A DNA stretch of 63,901 bases, filler included, from Phoronis australis (taxonomy: Eukaryota; Animalia; Phoronida), in the NCBI GenBank assembly GCA_002633005.1. It is 11 parts of 11 records of this genome, joined end to end, with 100 filler letters (N's around TTAATTAATTAA, not from the genome) between each part and the next. Parts side by side here need not be neighbours in the genome. Positions count along the whole stretch, not along the records: positions 1 to 9,109 come from NMRA01001845.1; positions 9,210 to 16,911 come from NMRA01000056.1; 9 more parts are not named here. The stretch is one strand, 5' to 3'. The position numbers were made by a program, and so were the translations under genes. The notes under the pieces were generated by a model, which saw only the letters and a list, made by a program, of their open reading frames with translations, did no database searches and was not told the DNA's origin. This document shows positions 1 to 10,940 of this stretch, piece by piece (within the stretch, counting starts at the first letter, position 1; every line of letters starts with the position of its first letter).

Positions 1-129
1 CTCAGCAGTTGTCACTTGAACACCATCACCCCCAGCTGACACAGCTGGAACATAGGCAAATCTCGTCTCTGTCAGCCCTTCAGGGGTTGGACTGCCACTA
101 CCATTACTGAAGGGACTTTGAATAACAGC
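1..129 (-). CDS. USF: USF (upstream stimulatory factor) internal exon, truncated by window edge
   Basis: Minus-strand acceptor tttgcag followed by AVIQSPFSNGSGSPTPEGLTETRFAYVPAVSAGGDGVQVTTAE. This resembles the USF2 segment AVIQNPFSNGGSP..EARFAYFPA. Confidence 0.85.
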
Positions 130-545
130 CTGCAAATACAAATGGCGTATGTGCTTAACCTGAGAAACAGGCCTTTACACAGCACAGGTCCTGGGCGTCC
201 CTAGCACTAATCTGGCCTGCCCTGGCAAGGACGCCCAATGTATCATTTGGACACCCACTGTCCATAGGAACATTTCAAGTTTGGACACACACATTGAAAC
301 GATTACTAGGAAGTCCAGGCACATAGCTGAAGGGAGGAGGGAGCTCAGGTGTTGGCTCTTTTTCAAAGTAGGAAGAAATATACAACGTATCTACACAGTA
401 TATACAATGTTGCCATGTTCAAACTTGGTTGAAAGCATTGAATATTCAATACCTTTCAAGCAAAGTCAAAGTTTCTTCCACTGCCAACCATGCTCCCGCT
501 GATCTTGGCTCCATAGTTCATTACCATATACAGGGTTCATAATGT

Positions 546-960
546 AACTCCAAACTGGTGTTTCAGAGCTGTAATTCCATGATTTTCATCATTTTTAAAA
601 ACATCAAAAGCGAAATAAATATCATTTTAATACTGTATTGTGCCACAAGAATGTGCCCATTTAAGCTTTTGAGTTTGCGCCAGTTTCATGCTTTTCAATG
701 TGCATTTTAAGCTTTTAACATGGAACAGAAGTGACATCTATTGCCAAAATATAAACCACACATCATAATTATGTGCATTTTCCTTGTTTTGTGATTGCAG
801 CTCTGACGACTCATTTTACAGAATATCAAAGCTAATTAAGATGATATGTCAAACTTTATAACATCAATTTGACTCGAGATCACCAAAAACATAGTGTACT
901 CATTGTTTTAACCAATATCTCTAATATTTGTTTGGTAAGCTACTTGGCTGTTTTTGGAAA
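546..960 (+). repeat. ~400-bp interspersed repeat, inverted partner at ~4790-5163
   Basis: ctccaaactggtgtttcagagctgta... aligns by eye with the reverse complement of ~4790-5163 along its length. Confidence 0.75.
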
Positions 961-2504
961 TTTATAGATGTAAAAGTCTTGGTCTGCAGTTTTTTTAGTA
1001 TCAGCTCACTACAGATGAGTGTTTTTTAAACTTGGATGTAAAAGCCTTGGTCTACACATTTTTTTTTGTAAAAAGCCCAGTCTGTGGGGGGAGAGTCACA
1101 ACTATTACACATAATGGCTTTCTCACCTGCGCCACCTGGGTTCCAGGTGGAAGTGCCGTCGTAGTCATGNTGGGGGGGTTACGCGTTGGAATCATGGACG
1201 TCCAGGAATATTGGGAACCCATTTTTGAAATCCTGGATGAAGGCCTGCCGGGAAACTTGATGAAAGAATACGAAAAATTCACTTCAATTAACATCCTGGT
1301 AAGCATAGAAGATATGAAGATCGGTAAGAGTTTGATATAGCGTGCCCACAAAACGAGAACCATTTTTCTCCACTGAATAACGAGTATCAACTGGTTCTCT
1401 AAATGCGGGCACGTTACATCAGACTATTGGTTGAAGATCTGCAATCAGCATTACAGTTCATGAGTGTGCATGTGTTTGGAGTTAGCCATTCACTTCAAGA
1501 TCACAGCATTGATGACAATCATGTGAATTCAAACTTCAAATACCATTTTTTATTCCATTTCCAGATGAACTCAGTGCCTTTGATTTTGTGCACGAGTAGA
1601 CAGAGGTTTAAGCAGAATATCCAACCCAAGATTGCATTCAACAATCCTTAGAACCAAGGTACACACACAAAACGTACCGAGAGTGGCATAGATGAAGCAG
1701 TAATATCCTACAAGACATTATTCTGCGTATCTATGCCAATTGAGGTTACGTTTTGTATTTATCCCATACGCTTCGAATTCCCAAGTTTTTCATTTTTACG
1801 GCAGATTTTTTAAATACTTCACTCAGACTGTTCACGTAGCGGATCACATCCTTTAAGTATGTACTTGCGCGTTTGCATGTTTTCTCTAGTAAAAGAAACA
1901 GTTTTAAATGTAACGATTTATTACTTGAAAAAGCGATAACAAAGATGAAAACAACGGTAACTGTGCATTAAACTTGTAACATCTCCTGAAAATAGTTAAA
2001 TAACAACATTTGATATTGTAGTTTCCAAGGAATCGGCGCCTGAGTTGCAGACGATATAATATATTTAGCAACTGAGACAGAACTGTCATAGGATTAACAG
2101 TCCTGTTCCAAACGTTACGATTGGGACCTGGTTGTTTGTTGAGCGTAATTGACGCTGCTGCAATTGTATTACTTTAAACTATTTTCAGAAAGCTTGATGA
2201 TCCAACCAGCTAATGACGTTGAGTCGACATTGACCTACCTTTTGAACTTTCCATGTCAGAAGTCACTGTTGAAGTAGTGCGGGAGGTGAATACGGAAAAC
2301 ATTATTACATGGTCGTATTGCACTCAACTGATTCAACGCGTATGGGATAAAAATTGCAGTTCACACACTCAACTTTCAGCCTTCGTTTTGAGTTCATCAA
2401 GTGCTAACTTTGATTAGGTACTTTGTCAACACAATGACCTTGAACAACAATCAACGAAACTTATCTCACATTCATTCTAAAATACAACAGCAACTGGAAA
2501 TAAG

Positions 2505-2900
2505 ACCGTGTTTGAACTTCAATCGAGCTCAAAATAATTTTTAGCATTTCCTGTTCTACTTTTGAGCTAACTCACAATGAGTGTCTATCAGTCTGTCCTT
2601 GAGTACTTATGATTGATGTATAGAGTTTCTAATCCACATTCACACTTGGTGACCCCTAGATTTGCGCTACAAACAGAAACGCAAGATTTCAAGTAAAATC
2701 TTGAAATTTCGAGTCCAGTTGAAATTTCAGCCCTTATGCTGGGGTCATCAAGTGCAAACAACGATTAGACAGTTATCCATGTACATGTAAGCCGTTACAT
2801 ACTCAAGTATAGAATGACAGACATTTATCTCGAGGTTGCACAAAAGTAGAACAGAAAATGCCAAAAATAATTTCGAGTTCCATTACAAAAATTAAACGCG
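2505..2900. mobile_element. Degenerate MITE-like foldback with a smaller palindromic element in its centre
   Basis: Outer arms aattttTAGCATTTCCTGTTCTACTTTTG and CAAAAGTAGAACAGAAAATGCCaaaaa. Inner arms cacttggtgacccc (~2642) and ggggtcatcaagtg (~2754). Confidence 0.55.
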
Positions 2901-2919
2901 GGCCTTAAGTCCTAAACGT

Positions 2920-3015
2920 CAGAGGCATTGTGCCCTAGTGGGATAGGTGTCCACTACCTTTACTCAAGGTCATGAGTTAAGAGTCCCAGTGGTGCACACA
3001 GCTAGACCCTCAACT
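2920..3015 (+). mobile_element. Possible degenerate tRNA-derived SINE head
   Basis: A-box-like tgccctagtgg and B-box-like gagttaagagtccc at tRNA-like spacing. No complete cloverleaf. Confidence 0.3.
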
Positions 3016-3065
3016 TGTGTCTCTAACTACTCACCTCAGTTTTAGATATATATTAATAAAGCATA

Positions 3066-3973
3066 ACAAGAGCAACGCAGAGCGCCCACAATTGCACCGT
3101 ATACGGTATCATTCTAGGGTTGTTTATTGGTACCATAAAGTGGCCAGTACAGGGCATATATGTAGTATGTTGTACTTTGCAAAATGGAAAGGCATGGTCA
3201 TTGTCTCCTCAATAGGCTAGGTTTCAAAATGTGAGTGATCTTCATAATACAAGCACATCCTATGCATCAGTTGNCTTAAAGCACCACAGAAACATAGAAT
3301 TAAAAACAAATTTACCAACATACGAGATTAGCACAGCATTAGAATGCCAGAAACAAATTTCTACTTGGAACTTTTCCTTCATAGTCACGAAGTAACACAA
3401 AGTATACACCTGAAGACCTATGAAAATACAAAGGTCAATGTAAAATACTTAAATTGCCACTAGAGGCATAACGGTACTCAGAATCATCCTAAAGTCGTCA
3501 TTGTCCGTTGTCAACATCACATAAATACACTTGCTAAATTTAGTAAAGATCCTGCAAACGGTTTGGGAGATACAGCCATGGGCGCCAAAAAAAAAACTGC
3601 CACTAGGAGGCTCCACAGTAATCAAAGTCATGGGAAATTCAGCGTCAACTGTCCTCTTCATAGTAAGAACATACATGCCAATTTTCACAATCATACTTAG
3701 AGCGGTTTGGTTGATAGAAGGGTGGACGCCAAAAAACAGACTCAAAAACAGTAAAAATGGCCACTGGGTGTCACAAACTAGGTCGAATCCATCCCAAAAT
3801 GGGAGAATAGCGTCATCGCACTAATAGGTGCCTGCATACCAAATTTCTTGAAAATCCGTTTAGGACTTGTGAAGATACAGAGGTAAACGCAAAAAAATAA
3901 AATTGCCACTAGGGGCACACTGGTAGGCGAATCCGTCCAAAAGTCGTCATCGTCTGTTGTTAACATCATATAA
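3066..3973 (+). repeat. Interspersed non-coding element with internal aaattgccactag(a/g)ggc repeats; second copy at ~48298-48977
   Basis: acaagagcaacgcagagcg...gcccacaattgcaccg... is near-identical over more than 500 bp to 48298 onward in a different contig. Confidence 0.85.
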
Positions 3974-4789
3974 NNNNNNNNNNNNNNNNNNNNNNNNNNN
4001 NNNNNNNNNNNNNNNNNNNNNNNNNNNNNNNNNNNNNNNNNNNNNNNNNNNNNNNNNNNNNNNNNNATGTTTCTGACTCGTGTTTACTCCTTGTAGTATT
4101 CTGAGTGCAAGCTAGGATGTGTGCAAGGTGACTTTTCACCAGTTTGCCAAACAAAATCTGAGGTCAAGGTCAAATTGGCAATCTGCGGATCACTAAAGCA
4201 AACCCTACTGTGTCAATAATAAAAAACCTGTTCACAGCAATTCAATCACCATCTTAAAATCCTTATAGTGATGTAAGTAATGTATAGCCAGAGACAAGGT
4301 GTGTTCTAAATACACACAGATACAAGTCTTTGTTTCACAATTGTTGAACTTACTTTATATTTACTCAGCGCTTATGTTAGACAGTGATTACCATCTCTAG
4401 CTAGAGACAGTGTAGCTTCTGTAAGAACTTCATACAGTTGAACATTTTTGGCGCATAATGTCTCACACTGACTAAAACATCAAAGTCACGGTAAAATGCC
4501 TTTTGTGCATAAAAGGACAGGAGGTCGTCGATGCAGGGCTTTATCCAAGATTTCGAAAATAGGGTGTCCAAAATGATGTTCCCAATATTCCAGGGCGTCC
4601 ATGATTCCAACGATGCGTTACCCCCACTCCCCACCATCATTCACCAGTAACCCCTACCCCCCACACACAGTGAGGTTTTTTTACAAAAAAAGCATTGAAC
4701 AAGGCTTTTACACCTAAGTTTACCAAAACAGCTCCCTTGTAGTGAGCATTATACTAAAAAAACGTGTGGATCAAGACTTTTGTCTAAAT

Positions 4790-5163
4790 TTACGAAAACA
4801 TCCAAATAGCTTACCAAACATGTATTACAGATATTGGTTGAATGATGACTGAACTGTTTTTGGTGATCTCAAGTCAAATTGCTGATATAAAGTTTATCAT
4901 ATCATCTTTACTAGCACTTACCAACACAAGAAAATGCACAGGGATGATGTGTGGTTTATATTTTGACAACACGTGTCACTGCTACTCCATATTAAGACGC
5001 ACATAGAATAGCACGAAACGAGCGCAAACTCATACATTTTAAATGGGGATCTTCTTGAGGCACACCATATTATTAAAATAATGACATTTATTTTGCTTTT
5101 GATGGTTTTAAAAAAAGGATGAAAAACATGAAACTACAGCTCTGAAACACCTGTTTGGAGTTA
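4790..5163 (-). repeat. Inverted copy of the 546-960 repeat
   Basis: Ends tacagctctgaaacacctgtttggag, the reverse complement of the start of the 546 copy. Confidence 0.75.
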
Positions 5164-5624
5164 ACCAAGGTCGGTGTCCCTATATTTAGTACTGAATTGT
5201 AGTGGGATATCAGAGCACTGAAAGGAGAGACACTCTGGCAACCAGAAAATGCTAATGATTGATAGGTCTACTAAATAGTTTGAACATTGCAATTAAATAC
5301 ACTGTTTATTTCATTCTGAGTTGAAAGGGCCAATTTCTCTCTTTCATTAACTGGGAGTCCTAGAAATCTTACAAACAGGAGAAATTCTGATTGATAGGGT
5401 ATCCAAATGATACACTGGGCATCCTTGCCAGGGCATCAAGATTAATGCTAGGGGGGCCAAATGGACGCCCAGGATGTATGCTGAATGAAGGCCTGCGTCG
5501 ATGTCTTCAATTTGTTCCAACTCAAACGAATACTTCTGTTATCAAACTTTTATCTTCGAGTAGTCTCCCTCATTCATTTCCCAAAATCAGTCACTGGCCA
5601 GTTTTACACTGCGCACGCCAGGGG

Positions 5625-6708
5625 ATATGACGTAATACTACTTGCTGCGCGCAGAGATAAATATGGCCAGTTTCCAATTTTGGAAACTGAACAAGGTACT
5701 TCTCGAAGAAAAAGTTTGGTAACAGGAGTATTTGTTCTTGTTGGAAGCAATTAAAGACATCAACAGTCTCCTAAGTTGTCGCTCTAGGTGCAAAAGGTAT
5801 TCATAACAACATGACTTGATGTTTTAGTCAGTGTGAGACATAATTCGCCGAAAAGCTTCCGGTGTATGAAGCTCCTACGCCACTACTGGGCTAGCTAAAG
5901 ATGGTGGTCACAGTCTACACTTTTGTTCCAACATTGAAAACAATATTTGTTATCTTAATGTGTGATTTTCTTTAACCTTAACATATTCTGGACGGAAATT
6001 CAATGACAGACGTTCACAATTTCCTTCAATTTCAACATCTTTAGAAGTCTGGTGCTAAGGTAGGATCTGACAGGAAGTATCGTCCGGTTACCTATTTTCG
6101 TCAGGCTCCAAAGTTCGTCCGCCATCTTGTTTCGCGTGCAGCGCAACCACNCCCCCTTCCCGACCTCCCCCCATTCGGTGCTATGCGCATCTACAATCGT
6201 GGTTTGCGCAAATGCTTACAGCTGGACAAGATGTTGGCCCCCCCCTTGTGATATCCTAGATCCGCCACTGATATGACGTAATACTACTTGCTGCGCGCAG
6301 AGATAAATATGGCCAGTTTCCAATTTTGGAAACTGAACAAGGTACTTCTCGAAGAAAAAGTTTGGTAACAGGAGTATTTGTTCTTGTTGGAAGCAATTAA
6401 AGACATCAACAGTCTCCTAAGTTGTCGCTCTAGGTGCAAAAGGTATTCATAACAACATGACTTTATGTTTTAGTCAGTGTGAGACATAATTCGCCGAAAA
6501 GCTTCCGGTGTATGAAGCTCCTACGCTACTACTGGGCTAGCTAAAGATGGTGGTCACAGTCTACACTTTTGTTCCAACATTGAAAATGTGTGATTTTCTT
6601 TAACCTTAACATATTCTGGACGGAAATTCAATGACAGACGTGCACAATTTCCTTCAATTTCAACATCTGTAGAAGTCTGGTGCTAAGGTAGGATCTGACA
6701 GGAAGTAT
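5625..6708 (+). repeat. Direct duplication of ~440 bp (5625-6079 and 6270-6708) around a ~190-bp spacer
   Basis: Both copies run gatatgacgtaatactacttg...aggatctgacaggaagtat with few differences. Related sequence occurs at ~4455-4510 (rev), ~28975-29090 (rev) and ~33545-33735. Confidence 0.9.
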
Positions 6709-7009
6709 GCCACCCACCAAATTTCACAAAAAATCCAGATCAAAGCTACAAGTGCAAAAGTTTGTCGATAGCAAAAATAAAAACCATTCAAAATGCCACT
6801 TAGTTCAGAATGCCACAAAGTTTTCATTCATAAAACACACACAACCGACCACAAAAACAATGCCATGCTCATTCGTTCACAGACAATATATTTTCTGAAA
6901 TGAACTTTTGGGAATATTTCGCTTTGCCCCAAAAAGAATAAATGCGCAAAAGCGCCAGAACTTAATTTAAAGTCGGTAAGTCCTCTTAATCCAAATGATT
7001 AACCATTAC

Positions 7010-7041
7010 CTCTGCTCGAGAGCGTGATCTAGTATATCCAT
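7010..7041 (-). CDS. USF: USF first coding exon (MDILDHALEQ)
   Basis: ATG at 7041, MDILDHALEQ plus 2 nt, then a gtaatg donor. Resembles USF N-termini such as USF2 MDMLDPGLD. Same strand and scaffold as the exon at 1-129. The intervening exons were not found and may lie in the N gap at 3974-4066. Confidence 0.65.
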
Positions 7042-7545
7042 GTGATCTTGAGCTCGAGTTTGAATTTGCCAGGAAATAATACGAGTTTGATCACGGGGCC
7101 AAACACTAGGTCATGTGAGCAAGAAATTAGACATGTGACAAAATGGAGGAAGACGGCGAATCACTGCGTAATGATATAACAATCGTTGCATTTGTTGCAA
7201 ACACTCAGGAGAACTACGGTAAAGCTATTAAAAATATTTAACGTTTTCTTACAAAACGTATTCAAGATAGTGTGCAAATGGTCTTATGGACATTTCTGAC
7301 GCAAAAATTAATGTTTCACATTCTAGTGCGCATTAAGACATTACTATGTCACCAGAAACACTGAAGTGATGAGGTGCAACACAGACGCGATCTTTATTAT
7401 TTCAGCCAATCATGTAACAGATCATGTGGAAGCTTATTTTCAATCGGTACTCTCCGTACTTTTTGTCGAGGAGTTCCGAACTACCACGCAGTTTCCGGTT
7501 TCATCTGGAGTAAAAACTTTACAGCTGTTGTGAAAACAGATCAAA
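7042..7545. promoter_or_regulatory. Putative bidirectional promoter/5'UTR region between USF and SRPRA
   Basis: About 500 bp separate two divergent start codons. Contains GGTCATGTGA (7109-7118), ACATGTGAC (7131-7139), AGCCAATCA with CCAAT at 7406-7410, and an ETS-like TTCCGG near 7493. Confidence 0.55.
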
Positions 7546-7662
7546 ATGTTGGATTTATTTACCATCTTTAGCAAGGGTGGGATCGTTCTTTGGTGTTTTC
7601 AAAGCACGAGTCAAATTTTCACCCCGTCTGTAAATGCTTTGATCAAAAGTGTGATTTTACAG
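7546..7662 (+). CDS. SRPRA: Signal recognition particle receptor alpha, exon 1
   Basis: MLDLFTIFSKGGIVLWCFQSTSQIFTPSVNALIKSVILQ is the conserved SRX/longin N-terminus. Ends cag|gtaacg. Confidence 0.95.
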
Positions 7663-9057
7663 GTAACGTTTTGTTGGAAATGCAGTTCCGTGGCAGTGCC
7701 AGTGCCAGTGGCAGTGGGTTGTTTTTTTCCACCAATTTCACTAGCAACGTGTGTGCGGTTGGACGTGACTATGTGGCACAGCCCAGCCCCAGGACTATAT
7801 ATCATTTTTTTCTCATACTTGGGCCACAGGATCTTTCTTTGACCTTCTAGAACATACTTCTAGTAATAGTCACCATATGTAAAGAAGGGACTACAACGTG
7901 CACCATTACATACAATCTCAATCTCTTTATTTATAGTCAGTTTGACAAAACATCATTTATATAAAACCACCGAAAGTCCAGTCAGGTTTGCAATCACGTT
8001 CCTATGTGGTGCACATGATTTACTGCTGCTTGACCTTTGATTGGGATCAGACAATGAAGGACATGATCAAAGATTAAACAGCAGCCAATTACAACAATCG
8101 ACACGCCCATCACGTAGCGCCGAGATTGCGATTCTCGCTCGCCTGAAAATGGCTGCTGGAACCGGTTTTCACTGAGTAACACCTATGTCCTTTATTCGGT
8201 GAAAACTGGTTCCTGGCAACCATTTAAAAGACTCGGGGGCCACTAAAAGTTTGTTGCTAAGCAGTCATTATCTTTGAACTGTACTTAGGACGTACAACTA
8301 TTCTAATGACATACACTATATTCCCTTCTTAAGTCATGATGTATACTAGAGGAATGTTCTAAAAGACTGAAATAAGCTCACGTGACATAAAGTACTAGTA
8401 AGCTTTATAAATGCAAGAACCCGGCTAATGTGCAAAATCACAGAATCAGACACTCACCTTTCCTGTTACGACCCTTTCGGTGAAAAACATTCTATTAAAC
8501 GTCATTTTCTTGCAGTATTCTTTTGGAACAAAGAAAAGTATGTCGTTGTCTTGAAAACATTACACTTGTATCATAAGCAGGCGCTATTTGTGCGACAACC
8601 TTACCCAAGCAAAATTTGCTCGGTGTGTTGATTTTAAACAAAGTGATATGCTTGCAAAGGCAGAGCAGTTGATTTAAGAATTGAGAAAAAAGGGCAATAG
8701 GTGACGCTCGGTATCATGACGCTGAAAGCTAACACACAAGATCATTCTACAAATTTAGGAGCAATTTTTAGCACTGGTAACTAATTTTGTAACTCAAAGG
8801 GTCCCGATTTTAGTTAAGTTAATTTTGTGTCTGATTTTATTTGGCTAAATTTTGCCCACCTTGGTCCAAAACTAGTGAGAAATGTCGGCAAATTCAGAAC
8901 AAAATGTGACCAAAACTATGGTTTGCCTACCCTAGTAGTGAAGTGCACATACACGCTTGGTTGCTCTTTTGTAGTTTCATCAACAGCGCTCTTTTAAAAA
9001 TTGTTTGTGTGGTTGTGTTTTTGACTCTCACTTGGATGCTTGTTTTTGTCTTTGCAG

Positions 9058-9109
9058 GAACGTGGGGGAACATCCACCTTCAGTCATGAGGCGCTCAAAC
9101 TTCAGTTCA
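9058..9109 (+). CDS. SRPRA: SRPRA exon 2 (truncated by contig end)
   Basis: Pyrimidine tract and gcag acceptor, then ERGGTSTFSHEALKLQF in phase with exon 1 (vertebrate ERGGNNSFTHEALTLKY). Confidence 0.92.
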
Positions 9110-9209
9110 NNNNNNNNNNNNNNNNNNNNNNNNNNNNNNNNNNNNNNNNNNNNTTAATTAATTAANNNNNNNNNNNNNNNNNNNNNNNNNNNNNNNNNNN
9201 NNNNNNNNN
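9110..9209. other. Artificial contig linker (44N-TTAATTAATTAA-44N)
   Basis: The identical 100-bp six-frame-stop spacer also occurs at 16912-17011, 21693-21792, 37340-37439, 41407-41506, 44135-44234, 48978-49077, 54614-54713, 58787-58886 and 62724-62823. Confidence 0.98.
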
Positions 9210-10025
9210 AAAAATATGTCTAGGATAACCAACCAACCTTATTTTAGCTCAAAATGACATGGAAAAAGGTTGTCTTCGCCTTTAACATTACAAGTCAGGT
9301 CCCATGGTCTTATTTACGAACTCATACTCGATTCAGTCTCAAGACTTAACCAATCACTCCACACTATTCCAGTTAAAATTTCTGAGTTTACTCAAGGCAT
9401 GCCGTGCAGTAGTCTGGTCAGTTTTCCAGTTGAGTTTGTGTAGAGGGACTAGACTCCGTCTCCTGGATTTAACTTGGTCTTAACTCGAATTATATAATAA
9501 TTCTTCGACTTGGCAAGAACTAACACCTGGTCATTGCTTGAGGTCAGACTCGATAAACTGACTTGTCATGGCAGACAATTTTATGCGCTGATCATTATCT
9601 TGAGCAGTCACTTCTTTTCTCGTCTAAGCACGGAATGAGAAAATCCAGTTTCGTCATAGCAGGGAGTGGTCTGAATCCAAAGTTAATTCCTTTGACTGCC
9701 TAAAGGTGGCTTTGTAGCCTGTATAATCATCCTGTTTGTATTCCCTTAAGAATCTAAAACGGTATAATTATGTGCGTATTTTATACCTATGTGTCTAGAC
9801 GTGAAGCTAGGTCTATATCTTCAATTCAGCACATGCACCTACATGTGAAGTATGAAACGTCTGTTTTTTCTTAAACATTTTACATACGAATTTGAACATC
9901 ATTTCTTTTAAGTGGTGTTAGTTGAATTTTGTTTGGTGAAACCTGGAATTAACACAATTTCAAAAATAAGTTTAGAATTTGTATAATTTTACCTTGTGTT
10001 TTTTCACAATTCCTCTGTCTTGTAG

Positions 10026-10145
10026 GAAACACGACTTGCTAGAAGAGTTCACTGGGAAGTACTCGAATGAGATTTGGCCAAAAGTACACAAATTTCTGTC
10101 TACCCAAAAGGAGCCCCTCCAGTACACAGACTACGGCACCGCCAA
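10026..10145 (+). CDS. Isolated internal exon of an unidentified protein
   Basis: Strong acceptor tcctctgtcttgtag, 120 nt open in phase 2 (KHDLLEEFTGKYSNEIWPKVHKFLSTQKEPLQYTDYGTA), donor aa|gtgag. Confidence 0.55.
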
Positions 10146-10295
10146 GTGAGAAGGGGCCTATTTGAACAACCATCATGTGTTTTAATGAAAGGATTTGTTT
10201 GCACACTTTTAACTGGCTAAACATTTTCTTAAATATATAAATACCATTAAATTCAAATCTTTTTAATAGATGAATATCGTGGTTATAACTGATAA

Positions 10296-10666
10296 GTAAA
10301 AATTCTCCTGTTTGGGACAGTCTCAAGATTTGGGTTTCAAACTGAATTTTAATTTTCTTGATTCTGAAGATTGGGACATGTGCTATTTTGGTGTTGTATC
10401 TCTCACTTCATTATCGGATTCTGTGTTTTGTATCAACAGAGTTTGAAAATAAGACTTGGCAGTTCGTAAAGTCATCAAAAACAGCCCCACGACAACATTT
10501 CCATGTGCTCCAATGGTGTAGATCATAGAAGTGAATGATCGTTTGTCGTTCATCTTAATTCTTTTATTTGGGACGGCCAATATTGCCTATTTCAAAAATT
10601 TGGTACAAACTCCAAAAAACCTGGTGCAAAATCATTTTTTCCTGTCCCAAACTGGAGAATTTTTAC
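10296..10666. mobile_element. ~370-bp MITE with 25-bp terminal inverted repeats
   Basis: Left gtaaaaattctcctgtttgggacag (10296-10320) and right ctgtcccaaactggagaatttttac (10642-10666) match 24/25. The same terminus recurs at ~40347. Confidence 0.75.
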
Positions 10667-10940
10667 CACAGAATGCCAGCAGGGCACACTAGAGACAATT
10701 TTTACCAGGGGAATGCCAGCAGGGCACACTAGACACAATTTTTACCACGGGAATGGCTGCAGGGCACACTAGACACAATTTTTACCACGGGAATGCCAGC
10801 AGGGCACACTAGACACACTTTTTACCACAGGAATGCCAGCAGGGCACACTAGACACAATTTTTACCACAGGAATGCCAGCAGGGCACACTAGACACAATT
10901 TTTACCAAGGGAATGGCAGCAGGGCACACTAGACACAGTT
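10661..10940 (+). repeat. 40-bp minisatellite, 7 copies
   Basis: Unit tttaccacgggaatgccagcagggcacactagacacaatt repeated head-to-tail with no spacers. Confidence 0.95.

Noticed and set aside
2239-2330. Alternative USF exon (MFSVFTSRTTSTVTSDMESSK|gtag)
   Set aside because: A donor is present, but there is no similarity to USF proteins that I can recognise and no supporting evidence.
7663-7842. Extension of the SRPRA ORF to 98 aa
   Set aside because: Read-through into intron 1. Homology stops at the cag|gtaacg donor and resumes at 9058.
9154-9165. Regularly recurring TTAATTAATTAA as a biological repeat or TTAA target
   Set aside because: Always centred in exactly 44+44 Ns, so it is an assembly spacer.
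10661-10940. 40-bp repeats as a CRISPR array
   Set aside because: Units are contiguous with no unique spacers, there are no cas genes, and the context is eukaryotic.
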